64,000 bases of DNA from Candidatus Stahliibacteriota bacterium. GTDB lineage: Bacteria; Hydrothermota; Tepidihabitantia; SM23-42. Below, in pieces: positions 1 through 9,775 of the stretch; position 1 is the first letter of the stretch, and the number at the start of each line of letters is the position of its first letter. The position numbers were made by a program, and so were the translations under genes. The notes under the pieces are model-generated. The model saw nothing but the letters and a program-made list of their open reading frames with translations. It did not search any database and had not been told where the DNA came from. The stretch lies in the NCBI GenBank assembly GCA_030602565.1, contig JAUVZL010000003.1:4160-68159 (forward strand), given 5' to 3'.

Positions 1-1
1 T

Positions 2-1750
2 CATGCCGAGGATTACGCTGCAGCATCAGAGCATCTATTGCCTTTGACACGCCATTTTGATAATCTTCTTGCCGCGCACAGCAGTTATTTTCTCGGCATC
101 TGTCGTATGCATCTGGGTGATGGGTTAGGTTCGGTAAGTGCTTTCCAGAGGGTGAGAGCGAACTATCCCAATACCCAGATTGCGTCCTTTGCTAATCTTC
201 AATTGACCAACGCTTTATTGGTTTCAGGAGATACTCTGCAGGCACTTGTTTCTGCATCCCAACTGGCGACCATGTTTTCGTCCGGGGAGCTTTCGAGTGT
301 CGGTGAATATCTGACCGGCATGATATACTTCCAGAAAGCCGACTACTACCATGCCGCCACTAATTTCGAATTGCTTTTACAGTATTACCCAAATTCCAGT
401 TTGCGTGAACCGGCAGCAGCTATGTTACTGTGTTCGTTGAACAAGTTGAAACAATATGACCACACAATAACCTTTGGCAGTCGGTACATTATAGATTTCC
501 CGGACGATGAAACTCCATGGCGCGGTAGAACGCTCTATTTCCTTGGTGAAGCCTGTTACTATAGAGATAATTTTGCTGATGCCGAAAAGCACTATCTAAA
601 AGTGACCAGGGCGTTTTTCGGTATTGAGATTACTCCCTATGCCAGATTGGGACTTGCCTATGCCATTTATAACCAAGACCGGACAAAAGAAGCTTTTGAG
701 ATTTTCAATAGCATGGGACAGACACCTTTTGATGATTCTTCATTAGTAATTGCGATTTATCTGGGCATTGGTTATACACGCTATAATCAGGCTGACTACA
801 GATCAGCACTCGATGACTTTGAAGCAGTATACAGCACTTATCCGAAAGACGAGAGAAGTGCGGTCCCTGCCTTATTTTATGCTGGCATGAGTTATTACAA
901 ACTTGAGTACTATGGTCAGGCGATTGAGGCATGGGAAAAACTGTTAGGAACTTTTCCGCTCAGCACAAAATCAGCCGAGGCTGGTTTCCGAGCTGGTGAC
1001 ACTTATTTTAAAGCCATGGAATACGAGAAAGCCCGCGCTCTGTTCAGGTGGGCAGTGGAGAATCACCCGTTGAGTGAGTACGCGCGTTCCAGTCAATTGG
1101 CTATTGGGCAGAGTTATTACAACGAACAGGTTTTTGATGATGCAATCCGTGAATTCCAGAAATTTCTGGATCTTTTTCCAACATCAGATGAAGCGACGAG
1201 TGCACGCAAGAGTATGGCGATGTGCTATTATCGAAAAGGTCTTGAATCTATCGATGATATGAAGTTATTTGTCGCCAAATTCCCCCATGATGAGCTTGCC
1301 GCAGATGGTCAGTACCAGATTGCACGCAATTATTTTGACGAAGAGAATTATATTAGAGCAATTGATGAGTTCCTCAAGGTTACAGTTAACTTCCCGACAT
1401 CTTCCTATGCACCAGATGCCTTGATCTATGCAGCTGAATCCGCCGTGAACATTGAGAACTGGAAAAAGGCGTCAGAGTTATACAAAAGATATCTATCATA
1501 TTTCCCCAAGGCAAAACAAAAAGATGGTGTTTATTTCAACCTTGGGACAGTCTATTATAATTTGAAAGACTACGGCGAGGCATTGGTTAATTTCCAGGCG
1601 GTAATTGATTCGTTCCCTAATTCAACAAACCTTCAGAATGCTCGTCACAACGTTGACATATGTAAGAAGCTACTGGGTGAAGGTGGCGTTGCACCCCCCG
1701 CGCCAGTTACCGAAGAGGTAGTTGCCGATAGTCTTGAAGGAAAAGAGTGA
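2..1750 (+). CDS. TPR-repeat protein; frame is open to the window edge, so the 5-prime end probably lies upstream
   Basis: Many tetratricopeptide-like repeats (recurring Y/F-x-x-A and YYxxG patterns); it is the first gene of the exbB-exbD-tonB cluster. Confidence 0.6.
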   Translation, partial: HAEDYAAASEHLLPLTRHFDNLLAAHSSYFLGICRMHLGDGLGSVSAFQRVRANYPNTQIASFANLQLTNALLVSGDTLQALVSASQLATMFSSGELSSVGEYLTGMIYFQKADYYHAATNFELLLQYYPNSSLREPAAAMLLCSLNKLKQYDHTITFGSRYIIDFPDDETPWRGRTLYFLGEACYYRDNFADAEKHYLKVTRAFFGIEITPYARLGLAYAIYNQDRTKEAFEIFNSMGQTPFDDSSLVIAIYLGIGYTRYNQADYRSALDDFEAVYSTYPKDERSAVPALFYAGMSYYKLEYYGQAIEAWEKLLGTFPLSTKSAEAGFRAGDTYFKAMEYEKARALFRWAVENHPLSEYARSSQLAIGQSYYNEQVFDDAIREFQKFLDLFPTSDEATSARKSMAMCYYRKGLESIDDMKLFVAKFPHDELAADGQYQIARNYFDEENYIRAIDEFLKVTVNFPTSSYAPDALIYAAESAVNIENWKKASELYKRYLSYFPKAKQKDGVYFNLGTVYYNLKDYGEALVNFQAVIDSFPNSTNLQNARHNVDICKKLLGEGGVAPPAPVTEEVVADSLEGKE

Positions 1751-1771
1751 GGTATATAAAAAGGAGGTTGA

Positions 1772-2494
1772 ATGATACTGGGCCAACCACTTATTGAAAT
1801 CTTCAAAGGAAGCATTGTAATGTGTATATTGCTTGTCTGTTCGGTTGTTGCTTTGGCACTCATTATCGAAAGGTTCATATATTTCAGAAAGAAAGGATTT
1901 GACGCGCGTAAAGGATTTATTCAATTCGGTCAAACACTAAGAAACCAGGGCGTAAGTGCTGCCCTCAATTATGCCGCGCAAAAGAAGAATACCTTAAACG
2001 GTTTGTTCACAGTTGCGCTTAATAATCGACATCTGGAATCAGATAATCTGTTTGAGATCCTTTCAAGCTTTATAATAGAGGAAAAAGTGAAATTCGACCG
2101 GTACCTTGGTGGTATGGGTACTCTGGCTAATGCCGCAACATTGCTCGGTCTGCTCGGTACTGTGATGGGTTTGATAAAATCATTTCACAATATCGCAATT
2201 ACCGGCTCGGGCGGCCCAGCCGTGATTTCAGGGGGTATTGCCGAGGCGCTTATGACCACGGCATTTGGTTTATTCATTGGTATTCCAACGCTTTTTTTCT
2301 ACAACTATTTTACCAAAAAAAGCAGCGAAATGGCGATGGCGCTCGATGGCGTAAGCGATCGGATTGTGGTTACGTTCGATAGATTAAAGAAGAAATCGGC
2401 TGGTGCCAAAGATGCAGCGGTGCCAAAACCAGCTGCAAAGCCTGCACCCCAGCAGTTCAGTATGCCTGAAGCAGACGCTGAGTGGAAATTCTAA
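1772..2494 (+). CDS. exbB: MotA/TolQ/ExbB proton-channel protein
   Basis: Three TM helices and the conserved ExbB/TolQ C-terminal region (GIAEALMTTAFGLFIGIP); AGGAGG RBS upstream. Confidence 0.85.
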   Translation: MILGQPLIEIFKGSIVMCILLVCSVVALALIIERFIYFRKKGFDARKGFIQFGQTLRNQGVSAALNYAAQKKNTLNGLFTVALNNRHLESDNLFEILSSFIIEEKVKFDRYLGGMGTLANAATLLGLLGTVMGLIKSFHNIAITGSGGPAVISGGIAEALMTTAFGLFIGIPTLFFYNYFTKKSSEMAMALDGVSDRIVVTFDRLKKKSAGAKDAAVPKPAAKPAPQQFSMPEADAEWKF

Positions 2495-2495
2495 A

Positions 2496-2909
2496 ATGAG
2501 AAAGCGTAAGCGATTGAGATTTGAGCATGAACCGCAAGGACTAATTTTAAATTCTCTCGTTGATATCGCTTTGTCATTAGTAATCGGCTTTATCGTGACT
2601 ATACCGTTGTTTTTTGAATCCGGCATTTTCGTAAATGCACCGGGTGTTGCCAAGGCTGGAGCCAGTGATGTAAGCGACATAAAGGTCAACATTCACTTGC
2701 TCGATGATGGCGCGATATTGCTCAACGAAGAGATCGTTACTTACCAGCGACTTACCGAGCTGCTGCCCGAACTCTTAGCGCGCAGTGTAGAACGTAAGGT
2801 GATTATATCAACCGAAGCACATGTAAGATATGAGCGAGTTATTACCGTCCTTGATCTCGCAAAACAAAAAGGCGCTGGGCAACTTGCTTTGTTAAGGAGT
2901 AGAAGATGA
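2496..2909 (+). CDS. exbD: ExbD/TolR biopolymer transport protein
   Basis: N-terminal basic segment plus a single TM helix and an ExbD-like periplasmic domain; ATG lies 2 nt after the exbB stop (the track ORF start at 2403 is too far upstream). Confidence 0.75.
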   Translation: MRKRKRLRFEHEPQGLILNSLVDIALSLVIGFIVTIPLFFESGIFVNAPGVAKAGASDVSDIKVNIHLLDDGAILLNEEIVTYQRLTELLPELLARSVERKVIISTEAHVRYERVITVLDLAKQKGAGQLALLRSRR

Positions 2910-3298
2910 AAAGAATGGCAAATATCGATATCTTGCCAATGGCTTGTGTCGGCTTGATCTTAGTTTTGACGATGATGATCCTTGCACCATTAGTTATGAC
3001 CCACACTCAGACCCAGGTTGATGTACCCAAGGCACATACTTCAGAGATCAAGACCGAAGAAAACCTGACAATAACTTACACGATTGAAGGCCGTCTGCTG
3101 GTCAATGATATCGAAATCTTGCCTGAAGAATTGGATCAGGTAGTAGCTGAGGAACTGGCAAGAGATCCCTATCAGCTTGTTATTGTTCGGGCTGATAAAG
3201 ATGTTTTACACAATGACGTTCTTGAAATTCTCGCCAGCGTGAAAAAAGTTGGTGCTAAGCGTATCGCTTGCGCCACCAAAAGACCGAAGGATGATTGA
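2906..3298 (+). CDS. exbD: ExbD/TolR biopolymer transport protein (second copy)
   Basis: MKRMANIDILPMACVGLILV-type N-terminus, ExbD fold; ATGA overlap with the previous gene. Confidence 0.75.
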   Translation: MKRMANIDILPMACVGLILVLTMMILAPLVMTHTQTQVDVPKAHTSEIKTEENLTITYTIEGRLLVNDIEILPEELDQVVAEELARDPYQLVIVRADKDVLHNDVLEILASVKKVGAKRIACATKRPKDD

Positions 3299-4203
3299 TG
3301 TTAAAAGATAAAAGACTGGATATCGGTATAGTGTTTTCCATCGTTATCCATATTGCATTATTCATACTTTTATCAGGGTCAAGTAAAACATCTGATATCA
3401 GTTATGATGACATCAAGGAAATCACCTTGATTGATCAATCATATCGCCCTGAAGTTGCTAAAGTTATTGCCAAAGGTTCAGTCTGGAGTGATATTCAGGA
3501 AACATATTCGGATGCCGAGCCGGGTGGTTATGGCAGCGACATTATCACGCCGGCAATAGACCTTGATGCGAAGCTTGATAGAAGCCAGGCTACGATCGAT
3601 CTTGACCGCTATATGGCTAGTGATGTCGGGGTTGGTGATGTGATAAAGATTGGCAGCAGCAAAGACGGGTCAATGAAGAGCACTGCTGAGATTCTTGCTG
3701 AAAAACCCATATCCCTGGCTAAGAATCTTCCAAGAGGAGCCGGTGGTGAAGGCGGTGTTGGAATCGGCAGTTCAGGTGGTATTGGAGTAAAAAAACAGGC
3801 GCCCGCCATAAAGATAAATAAAAAACCGCCGCCGCCAAAAACCTCAGCGATTGCCAAAAAGATCGAGCAAAAAGTCGAACAGAAGCTGAAGGTTGAAGGC
3901 GGTAAGACCAAAATATCCCTTGCTGGACCTATTGCCAATCGTCAGATACTCAACAAAATCCTGCCAAAGTATCCTAGTTGGTGTTTGCGCCAGGGGATAT
4001 CAGGTGTTGTAAAAATCCGGATCTGGGTTGAGGCATCAGGTTCTATTCGAGAAGGCACCTTGATCGAGGTTTCGTCAGGTTATCCAGATTTGGATCAAGC
4101 AGTGATCAACGCCTTAAAATCCTGGAAGTTTGCACCGCTGCCATCGAATGTTGTTCAAGAAAGCCAATGGGGAATAATTACCTTCAGATTCGTATGTGGG
4201 TAG
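3295..4203 (+). CDS. tonB: TonB-family energy transducer
   Basis: N-terminal TM helix, Pro/Lys-rich linker (KKPPPPK) and a C-terminal TonB-C-like domain (GVVKIRIWVEASGSIREGTLIEVSSGYPDLDQAVINALKSWKFAP). Confidence 0.75.
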   Translation: MMLKDKRLDIGIVFSIVIHIALFILLSGSSKTSDISYDDIKEITLIDQSYRPEVAKVIAKGSVWSDIQETYSDAEPGGYGSDIITPAIDLDAKLDRSQATIDLDRYMASDVGVGDVIKIGSSKDGSMKSTAEILAEKPISLAKNLPRGAGGEGGVGIGSSGGIGVKKQAPAIKINKKPPPPKTSAIAKKIEQKVEQKLKVEGGKTKISLAGPIANRQILNKILPKYPSWCLRQGISGVVKIRIWVEASGSIREGTLIEVSSGYPDLDQAVINALKSWKFAPLPSNVVQESQWGIITFRFVCG

Positions 4204-4239
4204 CTAAACATAACCTATGCAATATTAGAGGAGTTTGAA

Positions 4240-5097
4240 ATGGGTTTGTTATTGATAAGCTTTCTTTTTATGCAAGAAGCAAAAACAGGTGAGCATGATA
4301 TCGGTGAAGAGATAATAAAAGGTGAAGCAGAGCTTAAGATTCAAGACAGAAAGATACTTCTCTGGCCAGAATTAAAACCCTTTGCGCCGTTAGATTCAGT
4401 TATATCTCAGGAGAGATACTTATTTGATGAGAAACTTTACTCAACAATCGATGAATTGAACACACCCATCCTGTATCTGCACAGTGAATATTTACGCGTG
4501 CCCCTATTAAGCAGGTTCATGTATAGAAGCATTGCCTTGTTCATTCCAAGATTCGAGAAGACAGTTTCTTCCTGGGAACTAATTATCACTGACACCAAGG
4601 GTGACATTATACGAAAATTTGCGGAACGGGGTTTACCACCTTCATCCATTTCCTGGGATGGCAGAACAGACAACGGTGATATGAGCAATATGGGCGAAAC
4701 ATATAACTATGTGTTCACCGCCTTTGATGCGGTGGGTAACCCGACGAGGATTGCCGGTCGTTCATACAAATTCAACGGCATTGTCTATGATGAAAAGGAT
4801 ACGAAGATCGTGGCGGTTGCTTCCAACGAGCTCTTCAATGAAAAAACATCGACGTTTTCTCGTGATGCACCAGGATATCTTGATGAAGCTGCTAATATTG
4901 TGAAGGAAAATTTCAAAAGAGAGGTCGTTGTTTACTCTTATTCGGAATCTGAAGCCCTTGCCAGAGCGCGGGGCAATGCAGTAATGAATGCAGTAACTGA
5001 ACGAGTTGTTTTACCTGAGGGGGCGATCAAAATCGCACCAAGGTTTATCCCTGGTCTCCAACCAAAATATTCAAAAATAGAAATAGTCATACAGTAG
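4240..5097 (+). CDS. Hypothetical protein with an FlgD-Ig-like segment (SWDGRTDNGD...YNYVFTAFDAVGN) and an OmpA-like C-terminal tail
   Basis: Motif-level resemblance only; it is the last gene of the TonB cluster. Confidence 0.35.
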   Translation: MGLLLISFLFMQEAKTGEHDIGEEIIKGEAELKIQDRKILLWPELKPFAPLDSVISQERYLFDEKLYSTIDELNTPILYLHSEYLRVPLLSRFMYRSIALFIPRFEKTVSSWELIITDTKGDIIRKFAERGLPPSSISWDGRTDNGDMSNMGETYNYVFTAFDAVGNPTRIAGRSYKFNGIVYDEKDTKIVAVASNELFNEKTSTFSRDAPGYLDEAANIVKENFKREVVVYSYSESEALARARGNAVMNAVTERVVLPEGAIKIAPRFIPGLQPKYSKIEIVIQ

Positions 5098-5257
5098 ACA
5101 GATAGCTGCTTCATAATCCAATATTACGAGCACGAAAAACGAATTACGAATACGGATTAATCAGACAATGCCCGATAAACCTGTTCTGCCTGTCCCGAGT
5201 ATATCGTGGACTTTGGTTTATAATGAGTTTCATATGCACGGCCACAATGACTTAGAA

Positions 5258-5770
5258 CTAATATTCTATCAAAGAGAAGATGTCATAGCCCTTTAATTTG
5301 TCTGAGCCTTTTAAAAATGTGAGATTGATAAGAAAAACGCAGCCAATAATTTTCGCGCCTAGTTTTTCTACAAGTTGACACGTGGCTTGGACCGTCCCGC
5401 CAGTTGCCAGGAGATCATCGAATATCAAGACCCTTTCGTCTATCTCGAGTGCATCTTTATGTATTTCAATAGTATTTGTTCCGTATTCAAGCGTATACTC
5501 CATGGTGAGTGTCTCTGAAGGCAGTTTCCCTGGTTTGCGAACCGGTACAAAGCCGCAATTGAGATTATACGCCAGGACACCACCAAATATATAACCGCGC
5601 GCTTCAACCGAAACTACTTTATCAATATCTTTGTTTTTGTATTTGCTGACGATTGAATCAATTGCATATTTAAATGGCACGGGTTCTTTTAGCAGGGTTG
5701 TAATATCTTTGAAAATGATTCCCTTTTTTGGAAAATCCGGGATATCGCGGATATATTGTTTTAGATCCAT
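5258..5770 (-). CDS. apt: Adenine phosphoribosyltransferase
   Basis: PRTase motif VLIFDDLLATGGT and an Apt-like N-terminus (DLKQYIRDIPDFPKKGIIFKDIT). Confidence 0.9.
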   Translation of the reverse strand: MDLKQYIRDIPDFPKKGIIFKDITTLLKEPVPFKYAIDSIVSKYKNKDIDKVVSVEARGYIFGGVLAYNLNCGFVPVRKPGKLPSETLTMEYTLEYGTNTIEIHKDALEIDERVLIFDDLLATGGTVQATCQLVEKLGAKIIGCVFLINLTFLKGSDKLKGYDIFSLIEY

Positions 5771-5786
5771 ATAATCTCCCTCTTTC

Positions 5787-6056
5787 TCAGTATCTTATAT
5801 CAAAATCATCAAATCCAGAGTCAGTATTATCCCACTTTACATTGATACCTGTAACATGAGCAGAGGGAGGACCGATCTTCAATCGCTTGATGAATTCATT
5901 CAACATGCCTTTATCACCCTCGGCAACGACCTCAACATTGCCATCAGGAAGATTACGGCAATAACCTCTAATATTGTATTGCTTTGCCATATCGACAGTG
6001 AAAAATCGATAGTTAACACCCTGAACTATACCCTGGACAATTATTTCGGTCTTCAT
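5787..6056 (-). CDS. acyP: Acylphosphatase
   Basis: VQGIVQGVNYRF and GYCRNLPDGNVEVVAEG signatures; 89 aa. Confidence 0.85.
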   Translation of the reverse strand: MKTEIIVQGIVQGVNYRFFTVDMAKQYNIRGYCRNLPDGNVEVVAEGDKGMLNEFIKRLKIGPPSAHVTGINVKWDNTDSGFDDFDIRY

Positions 6057-6511
6057 GTTAAAAGTTCCTCGAAGATTATTTTTACTGCCTGCGCTGCACT
6101 ACTTGCTTTTTTAATAGGTGCACCAATGTCCCAGGTATTGATACCAACGACCGGGACATTAAACATTAGACAGTATGCTATTTCAGAAAGCGTACCATAT
6201 TTGCCGTTGATCGCTACGGCACAATCGCAGGTTCGGGCGATAATGATGTTCCTTGCTTCGCTCATACCAGTAACAATCGGTATATCAATATAAGGATTGG
6301 CGTGTGCTTTATTGTCAGTTGGCAGAATTCCAATAACCAGACCATTGGCGTTCTTTGCCCCTCTTGAAGCCGCATTCATGACGCCGCCCATGCCGCCGGT
6401 GATAAGCACGGCTCCTTTTTGAGCAATTAAAGAACCAACCTCTTCAGCGATTTTTAGACTTTTCTCGTCAGGCTCTGAACCACCAATGACGGCTATTATT
6501 TTTTTTGCCAT
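6053..6511 (-). CDS. TIGR00725-family / LOG-like Rossmann-fold protein
   Basis: IAVIGGSEPDE...VLITGGMGGVMNAASRGA pattern typical of the LOG/TIGR00725 family; 4-nt overlap with acyP. Confidence 0.7.
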   Translation of the reverse strand: MAKKIIAVIGGSEPDEKSLKIAEEVGSLIAQKGAVLITGGMGGVMNAASRGAKNANGLVIGILPTDNKAHANPYIDIPIVTGMSEARNIIIARTCDCAVAINGKYGTLSEIAYCLMFNVPVVGINTWDIGAPIKKASSAAQAVKIIFEELLT

Positions 6512-6548
6512 TATTGTTCCCTGTATCCTGTTTCCTATTCCCTAATAA

Positions 6549-6622
6549 TCGGGGCGGTGGGATTTGAACCCACGACCTCATGGTCCCGAACCATGCGCGC
6601 TAAACCGCTGCGCTACGCCCCG
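6549..6622 (-). tRNA. tRNA-Pro (anticodon CGG)
   Basis: Cloverleaf reconstructed by hand: acceptor CGGGGCG/CGCCCCG, D-arm GCGC, anticodon loop TTCGGGA, T-arm GTGGG-TTCAAAT-CCCAC; CCA not encoded. Confidence 0.85.
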
Positions 6623-6725
6623 TACGAATTTTACCCAAATCTGTGATTTGGCGCAGTAAAATTCAGTATCCCGAGCCCGCCATGATCTTTGGTGGGTCGA
6701 GGGGTTACATGTGATTTCTTTAATC

Positions 6726-7376
6726 TCACTTCCACCCTCCTTTACCTACTAAAGGGACGAATGTACAACCAAAAAATTCTTTGCGATAGATACGTCCCTT
6801 GTGTTTTTCTACAAAATTAAGCGTTTGGGAAGCCTCATTACCGACTGGGATGACCATTCGACCGTTATTCGCGAGCTGCTCGATCAATGCATCTGGTATT
6901 TCTGGAGCGCCAGCAGTAACGATGATGCCATTATACGGCGCGAACTCAGGCCATCCTAAGGTTCCATCTCTGACAATCAGGTTGATATTACTAAAACCCA
7001 ATTGTTTGAGCGTCAGTCGTGCTTTCCTGGTCAGTTCAGAGATTCGCTCCACTGAGTAGACCTTTGAGCACAAAAGTGCCAATATTGCTGTTTGATAGCC
7101 TGAACCTGTGCCGATTTCAAGAACCCTTTCATCATCCTTTAATTCAAGTAATTCAGTCATGGAAGCAACCATATAGGGTTGAGATATGGTCTGGTTCTGC
7201 CCGATAGGTAAAGGATAATCATTATATGCCTGATGATAGTATGTTTTATCGATGAACAGATGTCGGGGAACCTTCTTCATTGCTTGAATAACCCTTATGT
7301 CTTCAACACCACGTGCCACAATCTGTTCTTTTACCATACGTTCTCGCTCGTGCTTCCATTCACTGACCTCAATCAC
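6726..7376 (-). CDS. pcm: Protein-L-isoaspartate O-methyltransferase
   Basis: SAM-binding motif VLEIGTGSGYQTA; length 216 aa. Confidence 0.9.
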   Translation of the reverse strand: MIEVSEWKHERERMVKEQIVARGVEDIRVIQAMKKVPRHLFIDKTYYHQAYNDYPLPIGQNQTISQPYMVASMTELLELKDDERVLEIGTGSGYQTAILALLCSKVYSVERISELTRKARLTLKQLGFSNINLIVRDGTLGWPEFAPYNGIIVTAGAPEIPDALIEQLANNGRMVIPVGNEASQTLNFVEKHKGRIYRKEFFGCTFVPLVGKGGWK

Positions 7377-7599
7377 TATATTAGGATATTTAAAATGATT
7401 GAAAAGTCAATAATGGAGAATGTAGTTGCCTCTGCCTGAGGCAGACAGGTGATTTACCCACGCCCCTTATGAAGGAGCGGGGTTTATCAGGCTGCTCAAT
7501 GAATCCAGCTCTTTTGTAAAAGGGCGGGATGAATTGAGCAACTACAAAGGGCATAGGACCTATGAACAAGGAAGAAAAAATAGACGGGACAGACAGTAG

Positions 7600-9297
7600 T
7601 TATATTTTTGCAAATATTGATAAATCCAAATCCTGGAAGCAGGAATCCTGCTCAGCTACATCTTTTAAGAAATTCATTGCATCTTCACTGGGCTTTTTTC
7701 TCTCAAGAACTTTTGCCAAATACATGAAGTTCTCAAAATGACGACTAAAGCGCAGTTCTGCGTAATCGCGTGCACTCCACGTGGATATGAGGAACTGCCA
7801 GTCAGAGGACTGCAAAAGCAAGAGCTCACGACCGAGTTGCTTGAGCAAAGTTAATTTGTTTTTGTCTTGCGTATTTGAAAAGCGGTCATAGAGTGCATAG
7901 AATTTATCCTCAGCTTGATAGATTCTTTCCCATGTCCAATCAGTCCATTTGTTCAACCAGATATAATGAAAACCTCCTTCTCCCCATGAACCTTCAGGTA
8001 AAGATATGATTTTTTCAGGGTCATATTCTTTAAGGAGCATATTACCAGTACTCAGTTCAATCTCAGGGTCTTGTTCAACCGCCTTAAGGATATGATACAA
8101 CCAGCGAGGACCCTCAAACCACCAGTGTCCGAATAGTTCGGTATCAAATGGCGTACATATCAGAGCGGGTTTGTTAGTTTTCGCATAATATTGATTTGAC
8201 AACTCTTTTATCAAGGATAGAAAGTGCTGGGCATGTTCTTTTATTTTGTTTTCAACGATATCTGGATCATAATTTTGCTTCATTGCCAAATCAACCTTAG
8301 GATCAGTGACGCGCCAGTATCTTAAACCACTGGGAAATTTCTTTTTGTGAAAATCAAGATACAATGATTCTCCAGGATACCCAGCTCCACCGCTCCAGAC
8401 CTGGAGTGCGGTTTGAGGATCGCGGGTAAATATAGCGACGGGCTTGAACTGAGGGTTTGAGCAAACCAAGTAAACCTCATAAGGGGTTTTGTCAAAATCT
8501 TCCTTGATTTCAACAAAGCCCTTTTCAAAGTGCTGCCAAAGATTTGCCAGGGCTTTAAACCTTGCTAAATAAGCACCGATTGCCTTACCGCCTTTTAAGA
8601 GGTGAGTATCGACTACGAAATAATCAATATTATGTTTGCTTAAAAATTCATCGATACCCTGTCGTGCATAGGTTTTCCTATCCGCGCCAATGACCGGCGT
8701 CCAGTCATAAGCCGGTCGGTAAGCACATTCTGGCAGCCAGATACCGCTCGGTGGTTTATTGAAATTCCTTTTGTAAGTCTGCACCCCGAGTTTGATCTGG
8801 GCATTAACCGAACGGTCGTATTTGAGCAGGGGCAAATAACCATGCGTTGCAGCCGAAGTAATGATTTCAATGCAGCCTTGCTTTTGCAGGCGGCTGAACG
8901 CACTTGTCAAATCCTTTTTGAACGTATCTATGAAATCATGTTCAATATTTACATAAAAATCGCGCCACATCTTTGCTACACCGAGAAATTGCTTTTGACC
9001 CTTGCGCCTGAATTCGGTAATATCATTTTCAGCCGCTTCAATCTTGTGTTCTAAATAAAATTCAAACTCGTTGTGAAAATGGTGCGACTTTAACTGCTCC
9101 TGTAAAATCGGTGTGATACCGATATTAATACGGGGAGAGTAGCCTTGTTCGATTAACCTATTTAACTGATTTAAGATCGGGATATAGGATTCAGCAGCTG
9201 CCTCGCTCAACCAGTCTGTGCCATGAGGCCACCGGCCATGGCCTAAGACCCAGGGCAGGTGGGAATGCAAGGTAAAAGATAAATACCCTTTGGTCAT
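7600..9297 (-). CDS. GH57-family 1,4-alpha-glucan branching enzyme-like glycoside hydrolase
   Basis: N-terminus LSFTLHSHLPWVLGHGRWPHGTDWLSEAAAESYIPIL matches the GH57 branching-enzyme signature; 565 aa. Confidence 0.8.
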   Translation of the reverse strand: MTKGYLSFTLHSHLPWVLGHGRWPHGTDWLSEAAAESYIPILNQLNRLIEQGYSPRINIGITPILQEQLKSHHFHNEFEFYLEHKIEAAENDITEFRRKGQKQFLGVAKMWRDFYVNIEHDFIDTFKKDLTSAFSRLQKQGCIEIITSAATHGYLPLLKYDRSVNAQIKLGVQTYKRNFNKPPSGIWLPECAYRPAYDWTPVIGADRKTYARQGIDEFLSKHNIDYFVVDTHLLKGGKAIGAYLARFKALANLWQHFEKGFVEIKEDFDKTPYEVYLVCSNPQFKPVAIFTRDPQTALQVWSGGAGYPGESLYLDFHKKKFPSGLRYWRVTDPKVDLAMKQNYDPDIVENKIKEHAQHFLSLIKELSNQYYAKTNKPALICTPFDTELFGHWWFEGPRWLYHILKAVEQDPEIELSTGNMLLKEYDPEKIISLPEGSWGEGGFHYIWLNKWTDWTWERIYQAEDKFYALYDRFSNTQDKNKLTLLKQLGRELLLLQSSDWQFLISTWSARDYAELRFSRHFENFMYLAKVLERKKPSEDAMNFLKDVAEQDSCFQDLDLSIFAKI

Positions 9298-9402
9298 TTG
9301 TTATTCTATATATATATTGCCAACGGTCAATACCAATCCCGGATACTTCCTCTTCCTTGACGCCTGTCCGCCTCAGGTGGAGGAGAGGATCCCCAGACAA
9401 TT

Positions 9403-9440
9403 CCCTCTCCCTTGATGGGAGAGGGTAAGGGTGAGGGTGG
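9403..9440. repeat. GA/CT-rich hairpin repeat, copy 1 (CCCTCTCCC-ttga-GGGAGAGGG + TAAGGGTGAGGG)
   Basis: Same family as 17070, 17127, 38171, 41774 and 42454; found by self-comparison. Confidence 0.7.
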
Positions 9441-9729
9441 AATATACAGAGATTGTCATTGTAAGAGAATGGATATATTTCAGACATGGTGAGGCAATTG
9501 AGGATTCAATATCCAAGTGCATATTATCACGTCACCTGCCGTGCTAATGAGCGCAATAGAATATTCGAAGACGATGATGATCGGCGACGATTTCTGACCG
9601 CATGAAAAAGCGGCTTACTCAGGATAATGTATTGCAACTTCAGTATGGTAATATCGAGCAGACAATAAAGGAAAGTGTTGAATGTTGAGATTTGACCCCA
9701 TTTACATTTCTCGGTCACTCTGTCTAACC

Positions 9730-9757
9730 TTGACATCACGCATTGTATTGTTATAAT
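9730..9757 (+). promoter_or_regulatory. Sigma70-like promoter (TTGACA-16 nt-TATAAT) for the downstream GWxTD gene
   Basis: Consensus hexamers followed by a GAGGAGG RBS and a GTG start at 9776. Confidence 0.55.
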
Positions 9758-9775
9758 GATTTTAGAGGAGGATTT

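Noticed and set aside
7380-7600. Hairpins between pcm and the GH57 gene as terminators
   Set aside because: The stems are not followed by U-tracts on the relevant strand, so the evidence is insufficient.
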